From the NCBI RefSeq assembly GCF_009914755.1, contig NC_060934.1: a DNA stretch of 64,000 nucleotides. One strand, given 5' to 3'. Below the pieces are notes generated by a model, which saw only the letters and a program-made list of their open reading frames with translations, ran no database searches and was not told the DNA's origin. A program made the position numbers and the translations under genes. This DNA is from the human T2T-CHM13v2.0 reference genome, Homo sapiens. Of the stretch, positions 44,086 through 57,976 are shown piece by piece. Positions within the stretch are counted from its first letter, which is position 1. Each line of letters starts with the position of its first letter.

Positions 44086-45748
44086 TTTTTTAATTTTATA
44101 TAGTTTTACAGGGCACTGCCTTCTGCCAATTTCTTTTCTCCCCATGATGCCCACTTTCTCCTTTCACAAAGGGAAACAAATTGTAGCCTTCATTTTAAAC
44201 AGATCTCATTGTTCTCAGTGTAACATAATCCTAGGTACAAAGTTGGGAGAAACAGACCAATTTCTAAACTTATAATGGTCCTTTCCTCCCTCCCTCACCC
44301 CCAGCAATTCCTGGGGCTCTTACAAGTTTTCCCACAAACTAAAGAGGAAGTAGTTCAAATGGATTGGAAGAAGAAAAACCATTAATATCAGAAAAACCAT
44401 TAATATTCTCCCTTCTTATGTCTGATCACAGAGCTGACAGTGACCCTGGGAGCTATAAGGTTCTGGGTCAAATTACCATAGGAGGTGCTGTTAAAGACTA
44501 TCTTTTACCTTTCAGCATTTATGCTGAGTGACAGCAAAAGTCTACTTGCAATCCATACTTTCATAGCAATGACTTTTATCTTTGAAAAGATATAGCCTTA
44601 AACACCTACATGCTTTGGCAAATGTTATAAAAGAGTAAGTCCTAGTCATGCTCCAAACTCAAGAAGCCTTAGCCTTGCCCTCTTTCTCTATTCTGGCACT
44701 TAAAAAAAAATGTTCCTCTGCCACCCTTGAAATACATTCCAATACCTCTCCAGAAGTACTTTTCAATGAAGGCCCAAGAAAATACAAGGGCATTTGCTCC
44801 TTTAGCTGATTTGTAAGGACAAGATATAACAAAATTCAGAAGGCTCTGAAAATCTGTCCCTGAGCCCTTTACATATAAAACTAGTTTACTTATAAGAAGG
44901 AACAGCAACGGGGATGATAGCCCTCCAAGAATGGACACTAATGCCTCTTCTATCCAATCTTAACAGTGTCAATAGCTCAAGAAACGCCAATACCCTCCAT
45001 CGTGCCTCTTTGAAAGTACATCCCTCCACTTAAACAGGAAGTTCATAGATGTTAACACCTAACCTTCTAAACAAAAAATTTTCAATAGCATTTTCATTTT
45101 TTATCCCTAGTAAAAATGAGACCGTTCAAACCAAAAAAGATTGGCCTCTCAGATTGAAATAAGATTTCAAGTTTTCAAAGCCCTTCCAACACTTATCTAA
45201 TCCCGTCAGGAAAGAAAGCTGGCATTTGTAATCCCATTTTAAAACAGAAAAAAAAAAATGCAACTCTGAGATTAGGCAATCTGAAGAAGAACTAACTGTG
45301 GAGATTTCCAAACCTTCCTCAACAAGGGACCAATTTAAAAGGGATTATTCCAGAAAACTTTAGAGTGGGTTTCAAAAACGGCTGAATTCCTTCTGTACCC
45401 TAATCACAGGAAGGCAAGAAATAAGAAAAACAGAAAGGCACTTTGCCTAGAATTTTAGCAATGAAATATGACTCTGACCTTTAATAATCTATGAACCTGG
45501 CTGAATTTTCTCAAAAAACCTGCTGCATCTACACCCCGCAGGAACAGCCTGTTAAGCAGTTTGGGCTACCAGCTCTCAGCCTCCAAGACAGCCGCCCAGC
45601 AAAAGGCCGGCAGCTGGGTGAGAACAACCTGGAGAACCCCCTTTGCGCAATGAGGTCAGGAGTTCCACACTGCAGTGTCTCCTCATCTGAAGCTTCCAAC
45701 TTTTCATTTTCAGGCGAGGTGCAACCAGGCTCTCCAAATCTGCCCCAA

Positions 45749-45764
45749 CGCGCGCGCGCGCATG

Positions 45765-45803
<39 letters not shown>

Positions 45804-45840
45804 ACACACAGACACACGAACACACAGATACACAAACACA
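45749..45840. repeat. (CG)n-(CA)n compound microsatellite
   Basis: CGCGCGCGCGCGCATGCATACACACAC... Confidence 0.97.
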
Positions 45841-45892
45841 GCGGGTGCTTGCTTCCGCTCCCCAAATAAAGAATGGTAATCAAGTTTCTCAC

Positions 45893-46050
45893 CATCCTCA
45901 TAGTTTTTGAGATAGTAATCCGGGCCCGGGCCCCCGCGGCTTTTCGCCGGGTTCCTCAGGTTCTGGAACTGCAGGAAGTCGGTCCTTTTGCCCCCGAAGC
46001 GCAGAAAGGCGGGCGAAAGTCCCCGGGCCAGGGTCACCAAGCGCTTGGAG
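45893..46050 (-). CDS. HPSE2: HPSE2 coding exon 2 (158 nt)
   Basis: Acceptor CTCTTCCTCTGCAG|C joins exon 1 in frame (AG|C = Ser). Translates to [53 protein letters not shown], with the GH79 LRFGG motif. Donor ATG|GTGAGA. Confidence 0.98.
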
Positions 46051-46744
46051 CTGCAGAGGAAGAGAATAAGAGAGGAAAGGTTCCCAGGACAGGACGAGAG
46101 CGCGTGGGGCACGGAGAAGGGCCCTCTTCCTACTCCCTGAGGGCGACCTGGCCGGGGCTAGAGGCTCTGTGCCTGCCCCAGCCGGCAGTCCACGCTGGCC
46201 CTTGGCCGCTGCCCTGCGCCCCAGCCCGCCCTCACCGCCCGGCTCTGGGGGCTGTGCCTCCCGCTTCCAGACGCCCGCAGCGGCCCCCTCCCCCAGACAC
46301 CCAGATCCTGATCTCCTAAAGGCTACAGATAGTGTTTGTTCATAGAGTGTTTGTATGGGGTGGGTGTACGTGCTACGAGCACGGCGCTAAAGCGCAGTTG
46401 CCCGGCTTCTGCCACTGCCAGGAAAGCGCTCCGGGCGGAGACGCGCTAGGCGCGCCTACCTCTGGCTTCCGACCGTTGCCAAAAACTTGTATGCTGAAAG
46501 CCGGCATTGCCTCCGCAGCCCCAGGGGCCCCACAAACCTCCGTGCAGGAGGTGAAACCTGCCTTGTTTCTCTCAGACCAGGCCCGGCGCCTGAGCTTAAG
46601 TGGATTCCTACTTTCTTTCTTTTAATGTCCGAGTTGATTTTCCTTTTTCACTATATTGTAAAAACTGCATTGTTTCCCAAATCCCCGGACGGAGAGATCC
46701 CCAGGGTAAACCCTCGCCTTTCCAAGAACACTTCTCCACTCCCG

Positions 46745-46774
46745 CACCACCACCACCACCACACACACACACAC
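46745..46774. repeat. (CAC)n(CA)n repeat
   Basis: Read directly from sequence. Confidence 0.9.
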
Positions 46775-48612
46775 AGTAAAGGCAAAGTCTCTTTGGCCCC
46801 TGAAATAATTCCGCCTGATCTCAGGAAAGGTAACATCCTCCTCCCCACCCCACCCCCGAGTTAGGCTCCATCTTTCTTCTTTCCCACTTGGGGCCGTTTG
46901 GAACCGCTAGGGAAAATGAAGCTTGCCGAAATGTGGAACCTGCGCGTTATGGGATACTAAATGAGCACAAAACAATAGCATTTGCATCTATTTAAGGTCA
47001 GGATTTCCATCAATAGGTTTTTTAAAAGCCAAAGGCTGCTGCTTTGGGAAGGAGTAGAAAAGGAGCAATGCAGATACTGATAATGCAGAGGGGATCAGCT
47101 GTTGAGTTCCGGGTCTGTAAATTATTTTTTAACGCTTTACTGTTTCAGATTCTGAAAACCCAAATCCACATGGTGACGTTAAAGAGCATCATAAAGGAGG
47201 TGGATACGAGAAAGAAAAAACAGACTCTGCTTTTGGAGAGTTTTTTGAGAAGAGACGTGGCTACCCCAGGGTCTTGTAACCAGAATGGTCGTTTGGCAGA
47301 AGTCTCCGGGACCGCACTCCAGGACAGGCACAGTCAGGGCGTCGCGTGGGCCTACTGTGGCAAAGGAGACGTCCGCGCGAATCCGGTCCTGGGGAAAGGG
47401 CAGTTCCAACAACCTTTCATCCAGAAGCCTGCACAGCCAATGCGAATGCGCCCCGCCAGGACTTCTTCCCCGAAAATCTGCCTTCCAGACTCTTTTCTGA
47501 GGCAGGAAAGCATTAGGCGAACAGGCAGATTTTTTAAAAAAAGAAAGAAAGCTGGTGGGGGAAAGGGGGTCTGCGCAGCTGAAGGAGTTCAATGAAAGTG
47601 GGACAAGCGTTGCGGAAAACTCCGTTGCACCCTACATTCGGACGAGCTCATAGACGCGCTCTGCTGCACGAAAGAGCTTTCGAAGAGGAAGCTGGGCCGC
47701 GCGGAGCTGGCTGTTCCGCCCTCGCGGCAACCGCACCAACAGGAACCGAAACGGCCTCGGCAAGGGCAGCTACAGCCTCTCAGTCCTCCGGCTACCTTTC
47801 CTCCACGTGGAAGGAGCGCTCCACGTGGCGCCTCCCGCTACCTGCCGCGTCCGCAGACCCGACCCGGGCCAGGGGGACAACCCCAAGAGCTGAGAGGCGG
47901 GCGCACCTCAAGAAGCAAAACTCGAATTTCGCAAGGAGTGAAAAATACGAAGGACGCACAACGGACCTGGCCTCGGGGCAAAGTGGGACTGAGAGCGCTG
48001 AGGGCTCTTCGAGGGGAACCCACAGCTGAGGCTCCAACTTGTAGGGAATTTTTAAAAACTCAACACTTGGATTCGACATTGCAGAGGATTTATTTCTTAT
48101 TTTACACTGCAACTCTGTCCCTGATGGGAAGGGATCGCAGTTGCCTAACTGCCAAACTGCAACAACCCGGGAAGAGTGTGAGCCCAATTAGATTACAAGC
48201 CCTAGAGCAAAGGGGATCACAAACCTCCGGGTTTGCTAATCTGCTGGTGCGGAGTTCAGATCTCCGAAGCCTCCCTGGAGTATTTCTAGGACTCTTACCG
48301 CTTCCCTTATAACGCTGTGACCCCAGCGAGGATTTTTTTTTTCCTTTAAAGAAAAGCTAAACTGTGCAGTTACCGCAGGAGATTTAAGGAGGAGGAACTG
48401 GCGGGGGGAGGGGGGCATTCCGTCTATAAAAAGCGCCTTACAAAGTCCTGAAGTCTGGAAATGACAGCGGAGGATATAAAATAAAAAATTTTAACTCCGA
48501 TCCAACTTGCCCACCACTCAAGCCTCTGCTTAAATTCGTTTTCTGAGAGTGGGAGAGAACTGACGAAACGATCTTTCCGTGGAAAATTCCACTTTCGTGC
48601 AATCCCGCTTGA

Positions 48613-48644
48613 ACACTCACAGACACACACACACTCTCCTGTCT

Positions 48645-48680
<36 letters not shown>
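48613..48680. repeat. (CA)n microsatellite in intron 1
   Basis: Pure run at ~48650-48678. Confidence 0.95.
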
Positions 48681-48681
<1 letters not shown>

Positions 48682-49062
48682 CCATTCCTTTCAGCTCTTT
48701 GTTGTTTGAGACCTTTTCTTCGCTTTTGTAACTGCTCTGAACCTCTTGTTTCTTTTTCAGAAGTAGACGGGAAGGCTAATTGTGGATATATGTAAGCACA
48801 ACATTTTTTCAGTCATAACTGATAAGTTTCTGAAATGCCTTCTGCATTGCAAACATGTGCATCTTAATAGAAAACATTGCTTTTCTCAATCACTAGTTAC
48901 AGCCTCACAGCACACAATCCAGGAGAAGGAAAACCTCTTTTCTTCTCTTTGAGAGATCTGCTTGGCTTATTTTCTTCTTTCCCCTTTGGAATGGGGGATA
49001 GGAAGGGCTTGAGGGGGTGTTACTAAAAAATTTTAAATGATCCATCGAAACCCCTGCCTTAC

Positions 49063-49352
49063 CTTAGGAAATCGAGCCAGCCATCATGAATGATGGACGG
49101 ATCCAGCTGCAGAGAGAGGAAGTTCTCATTGACTGTCCTGACTGGGTTCTTGGTGCTCACATCAAGTAGAATCAGGGTCTTTTCCTTCAAACCTGCAGCT
49201 CTGTCTACAGGCAAGGGTCTCCTGTCTCCAGCCTGGGAGGAAAGGGAGAGATGGAGCAACAGAGCCAAGTAGAGAGCCCCCGGGGCTAGGCACGCGGGGG
49301 GGCGGGAGTTGCTGGAGGGCATGGCTTCAGGGAAGGCACAAAGCACCCTCAT
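49063..49352 (-). CDS. HPSE2: HPSE2 coding exon 1 (signal peptide and N-terminus, 290 nt)
   Basis: Translates to MRVLCAFPEAMPSSNSRPPACLAPGALYLALLLHLSLSSQAGDRRP...DPSIIHDGWLDFL, the recognised heparanase-2 N-terminus. Ends at donor AAG|GTAAGG (phase 2). Confidence 0.98.
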
Positions 49353-50700
49353 TCAATCCCTCTGATTTAAACCTCTCTTCCTACTGGGTCTCGCTAGTGA
49401 CTAATTGTCCTTATCTAAAGTGTGTGTCTGTCCGCCTTTTTCCCCCCTTTTTTTCCCTTCCTCCCACCACCCCCCCAACACACACACACTCTCTCTCTCT
49501 CCCGCTCTCTCTCTCTCTCGCTCGCTCGCTCGCTCGTTTTGTTTTTTTCTTTTTTTTTTTTAATTTTTTTTAATTTTTTTTTTCAGTGTTTTGGTGCTGG
49601 TGGAGCGAACTCACGCCCCTAGCCAGCCTTCCCCGTGACTCTTGCCAAGAGAACTCGTACACCGGCACCGCCCCTTTAAGAGATTTCTACTGCAGACATT
49701 TTTTAACTTTTTAAAGGTAAGGGGAGGGGAGCAGGCGGGAAGGAGGAGAAAAGGGTGGCGTTGTACCCTCCTAATTTAACCCTCTAGGGTCAGGAAGCAG
49801 AGGGAGGAATCCAAACCATGCCGTTGTACCGTCTGGGTACAGAGCAAAGGGTCTCGTTTTTACGTCCTTCCCTGAGAGGCTCTGGAGGGCGGTTCAAGCT
49901 CCGACTCCGACCCGAAAGCCCCAGCGCCAACCCGGGACGCGCTGGGATAGAGTTCCCACCGACAGCACGCTTGTTTCTCCTGACAGCGTCAGGCACTTCG
50001 TCCGCTCAGGGCCCTTTTCTGGTTGAAGCAGCAATACCAAGGGCGGTTAAGTTGCAGAGGGGTCTTGAGGCGGTGATTCCTGTCAAAGCATAGAGCCCTG
50101 AAGGACATTCCCCGAAGAGGAGCCCTGATCTCTGTGACGCGTTGGATAGCCACACCGAAGCATCCTCTGACCTCCATAGGGCAAAGAGTAGCAAGAAGGA
50201 AAAACATAGTGACCTGGTCAAGCAGCTTTTCCGATCCGAGGGCCAAAAGGGACATGCGCCCTCGCTCTGCTCTGCTCTTCCCGCAACCGAGGAATAAGCG
50301 TCTTGGGAGCGTCAATACATGCTGGCTTTGGCCAAGTCGAAGCTACCTGAGCTGTGCTTGGATAGTCAGGGCGGCTCTGCGTCCAACTGTGCCACTTCTT
50401 GGCCACTCTATTCTGCTGCACAGGTAGAGTCCCCCCTCCAGACCCTCCTGGAGGTCAATCCTATACTTAGCCCTCCTGCAGGGAAGTGCGCCTTTACAGT
50501 GCCAGATGGGACCATAGTGACACTTTCGGGTTTCCATCTCGGCCCCCAGTCAAAACCAGAGTCACATAGCCCTGGATGGGGAATAACAGCCGGAAGCCGC
50601 TGTGATGCACGACCCGCCGCTGCTCATTGAGCTTCCACCCCACAACAGCTTGCAAATTGAACTCTAGGTCCTATCCTGAAGCGCGGGAAAGGGATCAGGC
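49260..50700 (-). promoter_or_regulatory. HPSE2: HPSE2 5'UTR / promoter CpG-rich region
   Basis: CpG-rich and TE-free immediately upstream of the ATG. No obvious minus-strand TATA; TSS not resolvable from sequence. Confidence 0.8.
49478..49583. repeat. (CA)n(CT)n(CGCT)n plus poly-T tract upstream of the HPSE2 ATG
   Basis: Read directly from sequence. Confidence 0.95.
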
Positions 50701-52428
50701 ACAGTTTGCTGCAGTCACATTGCTGGGCCCCACTTTCGGCTTCTTTCTGAGACAAAATGGGACTTCTACTTGGCAGATGAAGGGAACTACTTTATGTAGT
50801 GCGGGCAGTCAGAAACGCAGAAGCGTCCAGGGCCCTCCTTGGTATCAAACAAGCAAAACCCTAAAATGCAGAGCAAGGGTTTTCCCCAGAAGTGGATGGA
50901 CAAGGGTTAGTCTTAAAGCCCAGCAAACGCTGTAATAGCAACCTGTATCCTCTTACCTCCACCCAGACCAGGATTAACAAATCTGAAAACAGCTGGAATA
51001 GATGACCTTCAACTGAAGTTCCCTGAAAAGCCTCTACCAACCTAAGCACCCAGGAAATCGAGATTATGTTGCATTCATCTGTGAAGCGCCATGACGACCT
51101 TCTAGAAATAGGACTGCATAAGATGAGGATATGGGAGAAAGCAAATGCAAGTCATATTATTTAAAGATGATTTTTTTAAATCAAGCTGTTACATAGTGAA
51201 GTATTGGATGTTGGCTCCAGCCCTACGGCCTGTTTCCTTCAGTTCCTGAACATTTCTAAGACATCTAGATCCTTTAAACTGTGTGTGTGTGTCTGTGTAT
51301 GGGTGTGTGGTGTGACATAAATTTCAGTCGAAATTCTTGTAATTTTTAAGTATGTATTGAGCACCTCTTAGAGATGGCAACAGCCTGGCGGGCAAACACT
51401 TTTGCCTTTGTGTTCCCAGACTGGAGCACTTAGTAGGCACTCAATAAATTCTGTGAAGTAAATTAATGGTAAATCCAATCATGCTCAACACACTGAAATA
51501 ATATGCCCCTCTCCAGAACAATGTGAAAAATAAATACTTTTATTTGTCATAGTAAATTATGTTTTGGGTCTCTGTTCAATAATTTGTTTTCCCAGTTATT
51601 AACATTTTCCTGGCCATCTCCTTCAAAAAATACTTAACGTGTAAAGCCATTAGTTCATTTGCTATACTAAGAATTTTTAAAATTATATATTTTTAACAAT
51701 GAGCCAGATTTTCCAAGGGCCTAAAATACCCTTGGCTTACAAGTGAATGCACTTTTAGAAGCCATGTTAATTGGGACCAATGGAAGACAATTTGAATACG
51801 TATATCCACTAGATGTCTATAATTAATACCTTTCAAAAATACCTATTCTTGTGACCAAGAATGAACTTGAGTATAATGAGAATGCACATAATTATGAATT
51901 TTCACCATTTTTGCTTACTGACCTAACTACTCTATAATGGTTTATTGGCCTAACTAAGTAGTATTTAATGTTTTCATCAGAATCTGTATGTGGTATTAAA
52001 ATCAAAACCAACAAAACAAAGTGCTTGTTTTCTTAATTCCTGATGAAAACCATTTCTCTAGTCTAGCCATTGAAATTCTAAGTCATTCTATAGAGGACAT
52101 CAGGGGAAAGAAATAACTGATATTTAAGAGGTTAGCCCTCGTTGGTCTCTAAGATGATTTGATTGTTTGGTGCTTTGGTTTAGTTTGGGTTTAGATCTCC
52201 AGAGATACTCTGCAAATAGCTGCCACACATATACCATATCATGGTTTTTGTCTTGCCTCTTATCTATTAATATGCTGTAAGTAGTTCATTAGTAATCAGT
52301 ATATTAGATTGATGTTTCTATCCTATCTTCTGTGTGCTAGGTGACAGCAATCTGCATCTCTGTTTTGTCTTAGATTGTAACTTCCTAGAAGACAAGTATT
52401 GGGCCTCTGTATAAAATATGAACTGTCA

Positions 52429-52756
<328 letters not shown>

Positions 52757-52937
52757 TCAGGAACTAGATGCACTGATGTCTCCTTGGAAACGCTCTGCTT
52801 AGTGTCTACTGAATGGTCTTCATAGATAAATTGCTTTGATATCTAAGAGCCCAGGTTCCCAGAACTGTAAGAAAACATGAAGATTAACTGATTCAGTGAT
52901 TTCTAGACTTTGTTTTTTCAAAATAAATATTAGTTAA

Positions 52938-53279
<342 letters not shown>

Positions 53280-53404
53280 CCGTTTGTCAACTTTTTATAT
53301 TATCTAGTAAGGACCTTAATAAAAACTGTCAACTACTTATCTCTATTACTTTCCAAAAGAAAGGAAAATTTTAACATCTGAACCAAAGCTAAAATGACAT
53401 GTCA

Positions 53405-53775
<371 letters not shown>

Positions 53776-53853
53776 ATCCCTATATTATTATCATTTCATC
53801 TCAGACAAGTGGAAATATATACCAGTAACCAACATGGGTACTAGGACTGGTGA

Positions 53854-54261
<408 letters not shown>

Positions 54262-55029
54262 TACAATGATTTCTTTTGACTTTTCCTATGCCTTTTTCTC
54301 ACTTTCAGCCTGTCACAAACTCATTAACTCTATATGCCGCCTGCCCTTTCCTTCTACTAAACATTCAAAGCTTAGTTTTCACTATTCCCATTTTCCCCTT
54401 CTGTAAGAATTATGCCTAGCTGTCTAATAGAAATTTTAAAAAATGCTTTACACTGTAACTAGGACTGGGAAGCATGAAGATATAACAGCCAGTCCACTGT
54501 GTCCTCACTTACTGCCTGTATACCCAACTATGATGACTAATATTTATTGAGATCTCATGGTTCAAGCATGGTGCTCTCAAAAAAACCCTAAGAAGAGTTT
54601 TGTATAAACTTCTTCTTATACCTAGTTTACATATGAAAAAATTGAGACTTAGATATTAACTTTCTCATGGTACACAGATTAATAAGTACCAACACAGAAT
54701 TAAACCAAGGGCCATCTGACTCTAAACCCTAGGTTTGTGTTCTTAGTCAACACAAGTGGCTAAAGTATTGTATAACCCTCCAGAACCTATCAATGTATAG
54801 TGGGAAAACAAAAACAACAACAAAAAAAACCTTAGAGCAGGAGTTGGAGGCTCTAGGTTTAAGTCCTGACTTTACCAGATCTAGTCTTGTAAACTTGGAT
54901 AAAATTTTTAATGGTTCTAAGCCTCAGCTGCCTTATCTGTCAAACTGATATAATATCCAAGAGTAAAGCAATAATTAGTAAGTTTATGTACGGGGAAAGT
55001 ACTTTATAAATTCTAAAATATACAATCAA

Positions 55030-55326
55030 TCAGGCACAGTGGCTCATGCTAATCCCAGCACTTTGGAAGGCTAAGACGGGAGGATTGCTCGAGCCCAGGA
55101 GTTTGAGACCAACCTGAGCAACACAGTGAGACTCTGTCTCTACAAAATGTTTAAAACATTATCCGGGTATGGTGGCACATGCCTGTAGTCCAACCTACTC
55201 AGGAGATTGAGGTGGGAAGAATCACTAAAGCCCGGGAGTTCAAGGCTACAGTGAGCTATGAGATCATGCCACTGCACTCTAGCCTGGGTAACAGAACGAG
55301 ACCTTATCTCAAAAAAATAAAAAAAA
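55030..55326 (+). mobile_element. Alu (J-like)
   Basis: Dimer with A tail. Confidence 0.92.
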
Positions 55327-56214
55327 TTATACAATTGTGCTATCGCTTTCTTATTCATTCTTATTTCCTGTCTCCCACACGTGCCACAAATACATCCCCT
55401 TAACTAATGACTATGGTAAGAATTAAGTTATACATGAATGACTTAGTGGTAAACCTGAAACAAAAGGTGAACTCTATCTAATATAATATGGTGTTAATAA
55501 ACGTGGTCAAACAAGTCTATACCACATATTTTAATCATGTAGGCTCTTCTGCCTGTGATTAGCATCTTTTAAGGAAGAAATTAGAGTAGGTTTTATATGT
55601 CTTTGATTTTCTACTAGGAAAGGGAAAACAGGAATAGGCAAAGGACAGTACAAGAGAACCCTGGTTACAAAGTATGTTATTTTACCATCAAGGACTGTCT
55701 CTGTCCTGCCAGGAGAAGCAAGGGATGACAACACTTTCTCCATATGGAATGCTGAAGGAGAAAATAATTGGCAGCTCTACTGACTACACTTTGGGGATGT
55801 TTGTTATTGAAAATACCTGAGAATTTTTATGTGTAATATCCCTGGGAAAAAAATCAGATTGCCTTTCATGTGTTCAATGGCTTCATAATTTATAACTGTG
55901 ATTGCTCCACCTCATCATATTAAGAAAACTCTGGTCTTTGTCCTTACTACTGCCATCAAGCAGTACATTTATTTGGGGAAGATCATAACCATAATAAATG
56001 TGATTGACTCTAATAACTTCAGTTTGAAACCCCTTAGCATGTTTGGAGGTAGGGATGACAGTTACTTGAGGGACTGCTAGAGATAGAAAACTAACAGAAA
56101 AGCAGATTAAAATTACTCATGTCTTAGTTACACCCAGTGAAGAACCTATCTTTTACCATCCCTGCCAATTTTGCCATTTATACATTCAGGTAAGTCCTGA
56201 AAAGCATCATATTA

Positions 56215-56430
56215 TATTGAAAAAAGTGTGGACTTTGGAGTCTGATAGACTGATTAAAATCTAATTCCCAATTTAATATCTGCTAATGTGACCTTTGTTG
56301 AACAAGTTATTTATCCTTGCTGAGTCCCAATTTCCCCATCTATAAAACAGGCATAAGATTACTTCCCTCCAAATGTGTTGTGAGAATTAAATGAGATAAT
56401 ATCTTTAGTACCTGGCATATAGTTGCTACT
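56215..56430 (+). mobile_element. MIR
   Basis: GGACTTTGGAGTCTGA...GTTGTGAGAATTAAATGAGATAAT..CCTGGCATATAG. Confidence 0.75.
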
Positions 56431-56620
56431 CATTGTCCTTCTCCTGGTTGGGTTTCACTGTGGAAATGAGTGTAATTTGCACAGATGGGTTACAAGGAAA
56501 TTATATACCTACAACCTAAGGTTTTGAAATATAATTTACATATATACTATTTAATTTTATGCTCATAGCATAAAAAAGCACAGACTTTATCTTCATAATT
56601 TGGGTAAAAAATTAGAGTTA

Positions 56621-57043
<423 letters not shown>

Positions 57044-57223
57044 TCAGATTGCCTTTCACATGTTCTATAGCTTCATTAACTATGTATGTATGTATAAGTT
57101 GTTTTTATATGTACTGTTTTCTTACACAGTTATTACATATTAATCAATCTTAAAGATAATTTCTGAGAAAGCAATGTATATAAATCATGTATATTTATCT
57201 CAATACATTTAAAATATTAATCT

Positions 57224-57521
<298 letters not shown>

Positions 57522-57603
57522 TTAATGGACCTGTAATAAAACATTTGCCTGTAATACAATTGTGTTTGTCAACTCCAAAAAACTGACTAGCTACGACTGT
57601 ATT

Positions 57604-57866
57604 TTCTCTTTTTCTGAGACAGAGTCTCGCTCTGTCACCCAGGCGGGACTGCAGTGGTGCTATCTCGGCTCATTTTCCTGCCTCAGCCTCCAGAGTAGCT
57701 GGGACTACAAGCGCCCGCCACCGTGCCCGGCTAATTTTTTGTATTTTTAGTAGAGAGAGGGTTTCACCATGTTAGCCAGGATGGTCTCAATCTCCTGACC
57801 TCGTGATCCGCCCACCTCAGCCTCCCAAAGTACTGGGATTACAAGCGTGAGCCACCACGCCCGGCC
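57604..57866 (-). mobile_element. Alu (internally deleted)
   Basis: Reverse Alu. Confidence 0.93.
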
Positions 57867-57914
57867 TACAACGGTATTTTCTTTTGTTCTCTAGGCTAAT
57901 GGCATACTTTGACC

Positions 57915-57930
57915 TTTTTATTTTTATTTC

Positions 57931-57976
<46 letters not shown>

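Larger units (their letters stand above)
45530..48450. promoter_or_regulatory. CpG-rich region / CpG island spanning exon 2 and most of intron 1
   Basis: Sharp rise in GC and CpG density (cgcg, ccgg, gcgc) against AT-rich flanks; TE-free. Confidence 0.85.
46051..49062 (-). other. HPSE2: HPSE2 intron 1
   Basis: GT..AG boundaries between exons 1 and 2. Confidence 0.97.

Noticed and set aside
44372-44407. ~19-bp tandem duplication AGAAAAACCATTAATAT
   Set aside because: Ordinary slippage duplication.
45576-46112. 178-aa minus ORF as a single CDS
   Set aside because: Only 45893-46050 is HPSE2 exon 2; the rest is intronic read-through, including the CA repeat.
47044-48312. 183-, 145-, 137- and 131-aa ORFs in intron 1
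   Set aside because: GC-rich sequence is depleted of stops; the ORFs overlap on both strands and show no recognisable domain.
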